Source of the DNA: an uncultured Alphaproteobacteria bacterium
Lineage (GTDB): Bacteria; Pseudomonadota; Alphaproteobacteria; Methylaequorales; Methylaequoraceae
DNA: 64,000 nt
Assembly: GCA_964484795.1 (NCBI GenBank)
Contig: CAZAFN010000003.1
Coordinates: 789 to 64,788 of the forward strand
Direction: 5' to 3'
Shown here: one piece after another, positions 49,744-58,506 of the stretch
Layout: every line of letters starts with the position of its first letter
Position numbering within the stretch: the first letter of the stretch is position 1
Translations under genes and position numbers: made by a program
The notes under the pieces: model-generated
What the model was told of the DNA's origin: nothing
Seen by the model: only the letters and a program-made list of their open reading frames with translations
Database searches by the model: none

Positions 49744-50577
49744 ATGAATAGAAAAGTTAAAATTGGAGATTTTTTAAGTTTTGCAAATAATTTGGAAATT
49801 AAATTTATACTTGGTCCCTGTCAAATTGAAAGTAAAAGCCATGCTTTTGAAATTTGCTCTGAAATTGACAAATTGTCTAAACGGCTTGATTTTAAATTTA
49901 TTTTTAAAAGTTCTTATGATAAAGCAAATAGAACAAGTCATAAAAGTAAAAGGGGAGTTGGCATTAAAAAAGGTTTGAAAATCTTAGCTGAAGTAAAAGA
50001 AAAGTTTAAATGCCCAGTAATTTCTGATATTCATGATGTTTCTCAATGTTCAATTGCAAAAAATTATTTAGATATCATTCAAATTCCTGCTTTTTTATGT
50101 AGGCAAACGGATTTGTTAATTGAAGCCGGAAAAACGAACCTTCCTGTAAACATAAAAAAAGGCCAATTTTTATCACCATGGGATATGAATAATGTTGCAA
50201 AGAAACTTATTTCTACTGGAAATAACAAAATACTTCTAACTGAAAGGGGTACAGTTTTTGGTTATAATAATTTAGTTTCTGATATGAGGTCTCTTCCTAT
50301 AATGAAAAAATCTGGTTTTCCCGTTGTTTTTGATGCAACTCACTCTGTTCAATTGCCGGGAGGAAAAGGAAAATCATCAGATGGAAAATATGAATTTGTA
50401 AGTGTTTTAGCTAAAGCTGCCACTACAACGGGCATTTCAGGTTTATTTATTGAAACTCATAATAACCCTAAAAAAGCGCCATCTGATGGTTCAACTATGG
50501 TCCCATTAAAAAATTTAGGAAATCTAATTCATTCTATTAAACTTTATGATAATTTAGCAAAAGACAAATTTTTATAA
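49744..50577 (+). CDS. kdsA: 3-deoxy-8-phosphooctulonate (KDO8P) synthase
   Basis: 277 aa with GPCQIES, IQIPAFLCRQTDL and FDATHSVQLPGG motifs. Confidence 0.96.
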   Translation: MNRKVKIGDFLSFANNLEIKFILGPCQIESKSHAFEICSEIDKLSKRLDFKFIFKSSYDKANRTSHKSKRGVGIKKGLKILAEVKEKFKCPVISDIHDVSQCSIAKNYLDIIQIPAFLCRQTDLLIEAGKTNLPVNIKKGQFLSPWDMNNVAKKLISTGNNKILLTERGTVFGYNNLVSDMRSLPIMKKSGFPVVFDATHSVQLPGGKGKSSDGKYEFVSVLAKAATTTGISGLFIETHNNPKKAPSDGSTMVPLKNLGNLIHSIKLYDNLAKDKFL

Positions 50578-50587
50578 GTATTTTTGT

Positions 50588-51865
50588 ATGTCAGAAATTA
50601 AAAGTTTATATGCTAGAGAGATTATAGATAGTAGAGGAACTCCTACTGTTGAAGTTGAAGTGCATCTTGCTAATTTGATTTCAAAAGCATCGGTTCCTTC
50701 CGGTGCATCAACAGGTAGCAATGAAGCATATGAGTTAAGGGACAAAGATCAGAATAGATTTTTTTCAAAGGGAGTTGTCAAATCAGTTAATATGATTAAT
50801 ACAGAAATAAAAGAAACCATTCTAGGATTTGATGTTACAGACCAAAAAAATATAGATAAAACTTTAATTGATTTGGATGGAACAAAAAATAAATCTAGAC
50901 TTGGGTCAAATTCCACTCTTGCTGTTTCACTTGCATGTGCAAAAGCAGCATCAAAATTTCTAAATATTCCATTGCATAATTATTTTGGTGGTATGACTAA
51001 TACTCTTCCTACTCCAATGATGAATGTGATAAATGGAGGATGCCACTCAAATAATACATTAGATTTTCAAGAATTTATGATAATTCCATCAGGTTTTAAA
51101 ACTTTTAAAGAATCTTTAAGAGCTGGTTGTGAAATTTTTTATGCAATAAGGAATAATCTTTTAAAATCTGGTTATTCAATTTCTGTAGGTGATGAGGGAG
51201 GTTTTTCTCCAGATTTAAAATCAAATAGAGAATGTTTGGATCTCATCTTAAAATCGATAGATAATGCAAGTTATTCAGCCGGCAAAGATGTTTTTATAGC
51301 TCTTGATGTTGCTTCATCTGAATTTTTTAAAGATAAAAAATATAATCTTAAGGGAGAATCATTGCTTTTAAATTCAGATGATCTAATAAGATATTATGAA
51401 AATCTTCTAGACAATTACCCCATAATTTCCATAGAAGATGGGCTAAATGAAAATGATTGGTCTGGTTGGAAAAATATGACTGATGCTTTGGGAAGAAAAT
51501 GCCAACTTGTTGGTGATGACCTTTTTGTTACTTCAGTTGACAGATTGCAAATGGGCATTAAACAACAATCAGGGAATTCAATTTTAATAAAGTTAAATCA
51601 GATTGGAACATTAAGTGAAACTATTGATGCGATTGTAGAAGCAAAAAATAATAATTTTAATACAATAATTTCACATAGATCTGGAGAAACTGAAGATACT
51701 TTCATATCAGACTTTGCTGTTGGAACATCAGCCGGTCAAATCAAAGCTGGTTCTTTGTCAAGATCAGAAAGAACTGCAAAATACAATCAGTTGTTAAGAA
51801 TTGAGGATAAAAATTCTGCAATCAAATTTTCAGGAGACAATCCATTTAATAAATTTTTTAAATGA
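50588..51865 (+). CDS. eno: Enolase
   Basis: 425 aa with AREIIDSRGTPTVEVEV and SHRSGETEDTFISD motifs. Confidence 0.98.
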   Translation: MSEIKSLYAREIIDSRGTPTVEVEVHLANLISKASVPSGASTGSNEAYELRDKDQNRFFSKGVVKSVNMINTEIKETILGFDVTDQKNIDKTLIDLDGTKNKSRLGSNSTLAVSLACAKAASKFLNIPLHNYFGGMTNTLPTPMMNVINGGCHSNNTLDFQEFMIIPSGFKTFKESLRAGCEIFYAIRNNLLKSGYSISVGDEGGFSPDLKSNRECLDLILKSIDNASYSAGKDVFIALDVASSEFFKDKKYNLKGESLLLNSDDLIRYYENLLDNYPIISIEDGLNENDWSGWKNMTDALGRKCQLVGDDLFVTSVDRLQMGIKQQSGNSILIKLNQIGTLSETIDAIVEAKNNNFNTIISHRSGETEDTFISDFAVGTSAGQIKAGSLSRSERTAKYNQLLRIEDKNSAIKFSGDNPFNKFFK

Positions 51866-52149
51866 TCTTAAAAAAACATCTATTATTTATTAGCTATCTT
51901 ATTTTAATTGTAATTTTAATGTTTCAGTTGTTTTTTAGTAAAAAGAGTGTATTTAGTCTTTTTAATAATTTTCAACTAATATACTCTGAAACATTTGATC
52001 GTGACAAAAAACTTGATGAAAAAAACAAGAAGCTTGATGATTACCAAAACTTTAAAAATAACAAGGAGTTTAGAGAACTTATTGTTAAGGAAAAATTATT
52101 TTTAAAAAAAAATGATGACAGAGTTTTGTTGTATGAAATCATTGATTAA
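51862..52149 (+). CDS. ftsB: Cell division protein FtsB / septum formation initiator family
   Basis: 95 aa with an N-terminal TM helix followed by a coiled-coil (KKLDEKNKKLDDYQN). Conserved position downstream of eno. Confidence 0.75.
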   Translation: MILKKHLLFISYLILIVILMFQLFFSKKSVFSLFNNFQLIYSETFDRDKKLDEKNKKLDDYQNFKNNKEFRELIVKEKLFLKKNDDRVLLYEIID

Positions 52150-52624
52150 TTATTTCATATCCTTGCTTAATCATTTCTTTCATAGTTAGTCTAATTATTT
52201 CATTCCTTTTTTTGTTGGGATAAAACTTTTTTAATGTTTTTATTTTCTTCATATACTTTGTGCTAATAAAAACGGTTCCACTAAGTTCATCCATATTTTC
52301 ACTATGCGGTCCAGCAAGTCCAGTGCATGACAAAGCAAGTTTATTCTGTGATTTTGAATACTTAGTAATTTTTTTTACCATTGATTTAGAAACCTGATTG
52401 CTGATTATACCGTATTTTTTAATTTCTTTATCTATGCCTAAAAATGTAATTTTAGATTGAGTTCCATAGCAAACTAAAGAATATTCAAGAAAATTTGAGG
52501 CACCTGGCGTTTTAATCAGTTCAGCTGCAAGTGTGCCGCCAGTAATAGATTCTGCCAAGCACAATTTAATATTTTCTTTTATCAGTTTCCTAATAAATTT
52601 TTTTTTTAAAACATTAAAACACAT
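52139..52624 (-). CDS. pncC: CinA C-terminal domain protein / nicotinamide-nucleotide amidohydrolase PncC-like
   Basis: 161 aa with the LAESITGGTLAAEL motif (AESCTGG type) and SCTGLAGP. Confidence 0.85.
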   Translation of the reverse strand: MCFNVLKKKFIRKLIKENIKLCLAESITGGTLAAELIKTPGASNFLEYSLVCYGTQSKITFLGIDKEIKKYGIISNQVSKSMVKKITKYSKSQNKLALSCTGLAGPHSENMDELSGTVFISTKYMKKIKTLKKFYPNKKRNEIIRLTMKEMIKQGYEIINQ

Positions 52625-53069
52625 AAAATAACCAAAAAATTACACTAACTAATATTCCTGCAACAATGTCATCAAGTAAAACTCCATACGTGTTTTTTAA
52701 TTTGTCAAAAAAATTTACTGGAAAAGGTTTAAAGATATCAAAAAACCTAAAGAGTATAAAAGAAATTATATAGTCATTAAATGATTCTTGACAAAATATT
52801 AAAGCAATTGCTTGTCCAATATGTTCATCAACAATTATAAAACTCGGATCCTTATTTTTTTCTTCTTTAATAATAATGTTTATGAAATAAAAAGAAATTG
52901 ATGAATAAATGATAATTAGGAAAATTAAGAAACTTAAATCAAAGTTTTCTTTTAAAAACCATACTGGAAATAAAATTATTAAAGAAGCAAAAGTACCTGG
53001 AATTTTTGGCACATAGCCCATACCAAAGCCAGAGCAAAATATTTTGGCTAATTTTTTAGCTATCATCAA
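52614..53069 (-). CDS. pgpA: Phosphatidylglycerophosphatase A
   Basis: 151 aa membrane protein with GFGMGYVPKIPGTFASL, plus DEHIGQ and FDIFKPFP motifs. Confidence 0.9.
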   Translation of the reverse strand: MMIAKKLAKIFCSGFGMGYVPKIPGTFASLIILFPVWFLKENFDLSFLIFLIIIYSSISFYFINIIIKEEKNKDPSFIIVDEHIGQAIALIFCQESFNDYIISFILFRFFDIFKPFPVNFFDKLKNTYGVLLDDIVAGILVSVIFWLFYVF

Positions 53070-54219
53070 TTTTAGAGATTGTCACTGATGCTTGACAAGC
53101 TATACCCTCTTCTCTACCTAAAAACCCAAGTTTTTCAGTTGTTGTGGCCTTAACATTGATATGATTAATTTTTAGATGAAGAGCTTTTGCAATACTTTTT
53201 ATCATTTTAGTCTTATGTGGACCAATCTTAGGGTTTTCACAGATTAACGTGATATCAATATTATTGATTTTAAAACCTTCATCAATCAAAAGGTTTTTTG
53301 CATAAGTCATAAAATATATAGAAGGTTTATTCTTCCATTTTTGTTCTGAGGGAGGAAAATGTTCGCCAATATCTCCTTTAGATAAAGCACCTAGTACTGC
53401 ATCTACAATTGAATGAAAGCCAACATCAGCATCTGAATGTCCTTCTAGGCTTTTATTAAAAGGTATTTTGATGCCTAGAATTTTTAATTCTTTGCCTTTT
53501 TTAAATCTATGAACATCAAACCCTTGCCCAACTTTTATTAGATTTTTACCCATTGAATTCCCAAAAATTTTTTTTGCTAATTTGTAATCATCTTTTGTCG
53601 TGATTTTAAAGTTTGTAATTTCACCTTCTATGCAAAAAATTTTATTACCATTATTATATGAAATAATTGAATCATCAGTAAATTTAAATTTTTTGAATTT
53701 ACAATGTGCATCATATATTTTTTTGAACTTAAAGCCTTGTGGAGTCTGTATTTGATTTAGATGATCTCTATTAATGTCTTTATAAATATCTTTTTTTGAA
53801 TATCTAACAGAGTCTTTGATGCTGAGTAATGGTACTATACAATCATTTGATTTTAATTTTTTTAAAATTTTTGGAATGATTTTTTCTGAAAAAAATGGTC
53901 TAACTGCATCATGTATTACAACATTGTCAGGTGATAGTTTTTTACATTCTTGCAACCCATTTAAAACAGAATCTTGTCTGGTTCTGCCCCCTTTAACAAT
54001 AACTATGATTTTGTTATCAAAAAGGGAAGTTGTTTTGGTTAGAAAATCTTTATGACTTACAATTATGACTTTCTTAAATAAGTCAGAATTTAAAAATTTT
54101 TTTACAGTTATTTCAAGAATAGTTTGTTCATTTAACTTGAGAAACTGTTTTGGGAATAACCCTCCAAATCTTTTTCCTGTGCCACCGTTAAGTATTATTG
54201 CTATATTGTTTTTTTGCAT
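53056..54219 (-). CDS. ispDF: Bifunctional 2-C-methyl-D-erythritol 4-phosphate cytidylyltransferase / MEcPP synthase
   Basis: 387 aa. The N-terminal IspD part has ILNGGTGKRFG. The C-terminal IspF part has GQGFDVHRF and GHSDADVGFH. This fusion is typical of alphaproteobacteria. Confidence 0.96.
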   Translation of the reverse strand: MQKNNIAIILNGGTGKRFGGLFPKQFLKLNEQTILEITVKKFLNSDLFKKVIIVSHKDFLTKTTSLFDNKIIVIVKGGRTRQDSVLNGLQECKKLSPDNVVIHDAVRPFFSEKIIPKILKKLKSNDCIVPLLSIKDSVRYSKKDIYKDINRDHLNQIQTPQGFKFKKIYDAHCKFKKFKFTDDSIISYNNGNKIFCIEGEITNFKITTKDDYKLAKKIFGNSMGKNLIKVGQGFDVHRFKKGKELKILGIKIPFNKSLEGHSDADVGFHSIVDAVLGALSKGDIGEHFPPSEQKWKNKPSIYFMTYAKNLLIDEGFKINNIDITLICENPKIGPHKTKMIKSIAKALHLKINHINVKATTTEKLGFLGREEGIACQASVTISKIDDS

Positions 54220-54243
54220 TAAAAATTATTATATATAAATATT

Positions 54244-55050
54244 ATGAATATAGATTTTTTCATTAACACATTGTCATTGCTAAGTTTTTTAGTTTTTACT
54301 CTAACTAGTTTTATATATATAGAGAAGAGTTCTTACCTTAACAAAACGATTTATTTAGTCAATTTAGTTTTTCTAATATTAATTAGTTCATTTCATTGTT
54401 ACTTTGAGTTATATAATGGCCTAAATAAATTAAGTATTATAGCATCACTTTTAATCTTAATACTTTTATGTCTGTTTTTTGTGTTATCAATATTTTCATA
54501 CAAGTTTATAAGATTACGTTTGTTTTTTATTCCCTTTTTTTTAATTTTGATAGTTTTTCGTTTTTTAAGTGATTTATCTGATAATACAGTTGGTTCTCAG
54601 GTTTATTTATTTCAAAATAATTTTTTGATAGTTCACATAATCACATCATTGCTATCTTATTCAATGCTTACTATAAGTGCTATAACTTCTATATCAGTTT
54701 TTGTTAAGGAAAAAGCTTTAAAAAAAATTAAATATATAAAAAATTTAAGCACTTTACTTCCTTCAATCTATGAAACTGAAAATCTAACAATAAATTTTTT
54801 ATATCTAACTTCTATTTTTCTATTAATATCACTTATATCTGGAATTTTTTATTCTCTTGATGAATATAATAATTTGTTATTTCTTTATGATTACAAATCA
54901 GTACTTAGTATATTTATCTTAATACTTGTCGGATTGCTATTGATTGTAAGAGGCTTTTGGGGGTTAACTGGGAAAATAACCTTCAAAACAATTTTAATAT
55001 GTTATGTGTTTCTTAATTTATCATATTTTGGTATTAAACTGATAAGTTAG
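54244..55050 (+). CDS. Inner membrane protein, YpjD-like (cytochrome c assembly protein family, no W-rich haem motif seen)
   Basis: 268 aa with about 8 TM helices. The C-terminal half is colinear by eye with YpjD-type proteins (VHIITSLLSYSMLTISAI ... LPSIYETENL ... YFGIKLI). The assignment rests on recalled similarity only. Confidence 0.6.
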   Translation: MNIDFFINTLSLLSFLVFTLTSFIYIEKSSYLNKTIYLVNLVFLILISSFHCYFELYNGLNKLSIIASLLILILLCLFFVLSIFSYKFIRLRLFFIPFFLILIVFRFLSDLSDNTVGSQVYLFQNNFLIVHIITSLLSYSMLTISAITSISVFVKEKALKKIKYIKNLSTLLPSIYETENLTINFLYLTSIFLLISLISGIFYSLDEYNNLLFLYDYKSVLSIFILILVGLLLIVRGFWGLTGKITFKTILICYVFLNLSYFGIKLIS

Positions 55051-55053
55051 AAT

Positions 55054-56001
55054 ATGAAAATTGACAATTTAACACTTAAAAATAATATATTATTAGCACC
55101 AATGTCTGGTGTTACGGATTTTCCTTACAGAGAAATTATTAAAAAATTTGAACCAGGTTTGGTTTTTTCTGAAATGATAGCTAGTAGAGCTTTGATAGAA
55201 AAAAACAAAAAAACATTGAAAATGATCAAAAAAGATTCTAATCATCACTATGCCATACAGATTGCTGGTTGTGATGAAGATATAATGGCTGATGCAGCTA
55301 AAATTTGTGAAGATATGGGAGCTGATATTATTGATATTAATATGGGTTGTCCTGCCAAAAAAGTTGTTAATGGTTATGCAGGTTCTGCATTAATGAAAGA
55401 TGAGATTCTTGCTGAATCAATAATTAAATCAGTTGTAAATTCAGTTAATATTCCTGTTACATTAAAGATGAGGAAAGGGTGGGATGAGAGTAGTCTGAAT
55501 GCACCAAAGATTGCTAAAATTGCTGAAAATTCTGGTGTTAAAATGATTACAGTTCATGGAAGAACTAGATGTCAAATGTATAAAGGAAAATCAGACTGGG
55601 AATTTATAAAAAATGTAAAAAAATCTTTAGATATTCCTGTAATTGTTAACGGAGATATTGTTGAATATGAGGATGTGATTGATTCCATTTCTGATTCTAG
55701 AGCTGATGGAGTGATGATTGGCCGTGGTTGTTATGGAAGACCATGGGTTTTTAAAGAAATTCAATCCATTGCAAATAATTCTCCATTTAGAATGAGTATG
55801 AATTTAAAAAAAAATATTATTTTAGAACATTTTGATATGTCAATTGAACATTATGGGTTTGAGGTTGGACTAAAATCATTCAGAAAACATTTAAGTTGGT
55901 ATTCAAAGTCATTAAAAAATTCGAATGAATTTAGAAATAAAGTTAATTCTTGTGAAGATGCATCTAAAGTTAAGATTTTAATAAAAGATTTTTTTTTATA
56001 A
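55054..56001 (+). CDS. dusB: tRNA-dihydrouridine synthase B
   Basis: 315 aa with [24 protein letters not shown] and TVHGRTR motifs. Conserved dusB-ntrBC-ntrYX order. Confidence 0.95.
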   Translation: MKIDNLTLKNNILLAPMSGVTDFPYREIIKKFEPGLVFSEMIASRALIEKNKKTLKMIKKDSNHHYAIQIAGCDEDIMADAAKICEDMGADIIDINMGCPAKKVVNGYAGSALMKDEILAESIIKSVVNSVNIPVTLKMRKGWDESSLNAPKIAKIAENSGVKMITVHGRTRCQMYKGKSDWEFIKNVKKSLDIPVIVNGDIVEYEDVIDSISDSRADGVMIGRGCYGRPWVFKEIQSIANNSPFRMSMNLKKNIILEHFDMSIEHYGFEVGLKSFRKHLSWYSKSLKNSNEFRNKVNSCEDASKVKILIKDFFL

Positions 56002-56008
56002 ATTTCTT

Positions 56009-57067
56009 ATGAATTTTAAACCAAATTTCTCATTTTTTAGAAACTTAATAGATTTAATTCCTGAACCATTAATTGTAATAGACAAAAGGAATCTCCTAAT
56101 TAGATATTTAAATTTGGAGTCTCAAATTTTTTTTAAAAAAAGTAGCAAATATTTAATTGGAAAAGAAATCAATGTTCTTTTTCCAGAAAATTCTTATTTG
56201 ATAAATAATTTAAAGAAAATAATTCATAAAACAGGTGTTTTTTTCATTAAAGAAATTCCTGTTAGAGATTTAGAAAATGTTGAATTAAGATGTGTTGTTT
56301 CAGAAAATAAAGATGAAAATATTCTTCTTTTTTTTAAAAGTGATAAACCAAGATACGAGAAAATTTTTGATGAAAATAGTCTTGGAGTTTTTGATGAAAC
56401 TTTTTCTATTCTCGCTCATGAAATTAATAACCCAATCTCTTCAATTAAAATGGCAGCTCAATTAATTGAAAAATCTACAAAAAATTCCGATAAAGAGTTG
56501 ATTGATATAATCAAAAATGAATCTGACAGAATTTCAAAATTGATTGATTCATTATCTTCTATTGATTCTAAACTGAGTATTTCATCAAAGAGCTATGAAA
56601 ATATTCATGAGATAATAAGATATTCTTTGTTCAAATTAAAACAAAAATCAAAAAAAGTTAGTATTGTTGAGAATTTTGATCCATCATTACCAACGATCAA
56701 TCTAGACAAAAATTTATTCGTTCAAGTTTTGGATAATTTGTTAGTTAATGCATATGAATCTTCAAATTTTTTGAAAAAATCGTATATCAAAATATCAACA
56801 AAATATTCCTATGGTGAAACAATTACGATCCCAAATGTAAAAGATAAAAAAAATAACAATTCAATAATGATTATTATTGAAGATAATGGGAAAGGTGTTG
56901 AAAAAAAAAATATAGAGAAAATTTTTTTACCTTTATTTTCAACTAAAAAAAGAGGGTCAGGTTTAGGATTGTTTTTGGCAAAAAAAATTATTAACGATCA
57001 TGGTGGTGACATTACTATTAATTCAGAAAATCAAATTACAAGTGTTATAATTAAGGTGCCTTTATAG
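56009..57067 (+). CDS. ntrB: NtrB-type sensor histidine kinase (cytoplasmic, PAS + HisKA + HATPase)
   Basis: 352 aa with no TM segments. H-box HEINNPISSIK, N-box LDNLLVNAYES, G1 IEDNGKGV and G2 GSGLGLFLAKKII. Confidence 0.85.
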   Translation: MNFKPNFSFFRNLIDLIPEPLIVIDKRNLLIRYLNLESQIFFKKSSKYLIGKEINVLFPENSYLINNLKKIIHKTGVFFIKEIPVRDLENVELRCVVSENKDENILLFFKSDKPRYEKIFDENSLGVFDETFSILAHEINNPISSIKMAAQLIEKSTKNSDKELIDIIKNESDRISKLIDSLSSIDSKLSISSKSYENIHEIIRYSLFKLKQKSKKVSIVENFDPSLPTINLDKNLFVQVLDNLLVNAYESSNFLKKSYIKISTKYSYGETITIPNVKDKKNNNSIMIIIEDNGKGVEKKNIEKIFLPLFSTKKRGSGLGLFLAKKIINDHGGDITINSENQITSVIIKVPL

Positions 57068-57069
57068 AT

Positions 57070-58506
57070 ATGGAAAAGAAAATTTTAATAATAGATGATG
57101 ATTATTCTCTAAAAAGAGTTATTGTCAAAGCCTTGAGCAATTCTAAAACTCATATTAATACAGTATCTACAATATCTGAAGCTTGGTTTATAATTGAAAA
57201 AGAACAATTTGATTTGATAATCTGTGATGTAATTCTTCCAGATGGAGATGGATTAGAATTAGTAAAAAAAGTTAAAAAAAAAAATAAAGACCAATCTTTT
57301 ATTATAATTAGTGCCAAAAATAATATTTTGACAGCAATTAAGGCAGATCAGCTTGATGTTTTTGATTATTTACCCAAACCCATAGATCTAAATGATCTAA
57401 CTATCTGTGTTAACAAATCACTTACTAAAGAAAAAATTATCAAAAATAATTTAATTGATGATGAAAAATTGCCAATGATAGGTAGTTCAGCTTCAATGCA
57501 AATCGTTTACAAAAACATTGCAAAAATTACAAGAACCAATCATACAGTTTTAATTACCGGTGAATCTGGTACTGGTAAGGAATTGGTTGCCAAAGCAATA
57601 CATAATTTTAGTTCAAGATCTGATTTTCCTTTTGTAGTGATTAATATGGCGTCATTACCAAAAAATTTAATTGAAAGTGAACTTTTTGGTTTTGAAAAAG
57701 GTGCATTTACTGGAGCTGAAAAACGAACAATGGGATATTTCGAAAAGGCTAATTCTGGCACTCTTTTTTTAGATGAAATAGGAGATATGCCAATTGATAT
57801 TCAGGCAAGATTGTTAAGGGTTTTGCAATTTGGAGAATTTTCTAGAGTTGGTGGTAGAGAAATCATTAAAACTGATGTTCGAATAATATCTGCAACAAAC
57901 AAAAATCTATTCCATTGTGTTAATCAAGGGGTTTTTAGAGAGGATTTGTTTTATAGACTTAATGTAATTAATGTAGAATTACCTCCATTAAGAAGTAGAG
58001 AAAATGATATTGTGTCTCTTGCAAGGCACTTTCTATCAAAATTTTCTGATGGAAAAAAACAAATCGATTCAAGTTCTATTGAATTTTTAAAAAGCTATAA
58101 TTGGCCTGGCAACGTTAGAGAACTAGAAAATTTATTTAAACGTGTCTGTGTATTAAACTCTGAAAAAATTATTACTTCGGAAGTATTAAATGATTTGTTG
58201 GATTCTGAAAATAATCCAAAAGATCAATTACAAAAAGAAAGATCACCTAATGCAAATAATGAAAATTTACAAAATTATATCAATTCTTTTTTAGAGGAAT
58301 TCTTTAAAACTTTAGATGACAATGAAAATGATTTGAAACTATATTCAAGATTTATTTTGGAATTTGAAAAACCTCTTATTGTTAATGCACTGAAGTATTG
58401 TAATGGGAATCAAATTAAAACCGCAAGGTTATTAGGAATCAATAGAAATACATTGAGAACCAAAATTTTTAGATTAAAAATATTAAATAAATTAGGAAAA
58501 GAATGA
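57070..58506 (+). CDS. ntrC: NtrC-type response regulator (receiver + sigma54-interaction AAA+ + Fis HTH)
   Basis: 478 aa with receiver Asp in LIICDVILPD, Walker A GESGTGKE, an intact GAFTGA (57700-57717), Walker B LFLDEIG, and C-terminal HTH IKTARLLGINRNTLRTKI. Confidence 0.9.
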   Translation: MEKKILIIDDDYSLKRVIVKALSNSKTHINTVSTISEAWFIIEKEQFDLIICDVILPDGDGLELVKKVKKKNKDQSFIIISAKNNILTAIKADQLDVFDYLPKPIDLNDLTICVNKSLTKEKIIKNNLIDDEKLPMIGSSASMQIVYKNIAKITRTNHTVLITGESGTGKELVAKAIHNFSSRSDFPFVVINMASLPKNLIESELFGFEKGAFTGAEKRTMGYFEKANSGTLFLDEIGDMPIDIQARLLRVLQFGEFSRVGGREIIKTDVRIISATNKNLFHCVNQGVFREDLFYRLNVINVELPPLRSRENDIVSLARHFLSKFSDGKKQIDSSSIEFLKSYNWPGNVRELENLFKRVCVLNSEKIITSEVLNDLLDSENNPKDQLQKERSPNANNENLQNYINSFLEEFFKTLDDNENDLKLYSRFILEFEKPLIVNALKYCNGNQIKTARLLGINRNTLRTKIFRLKILNKLGKE

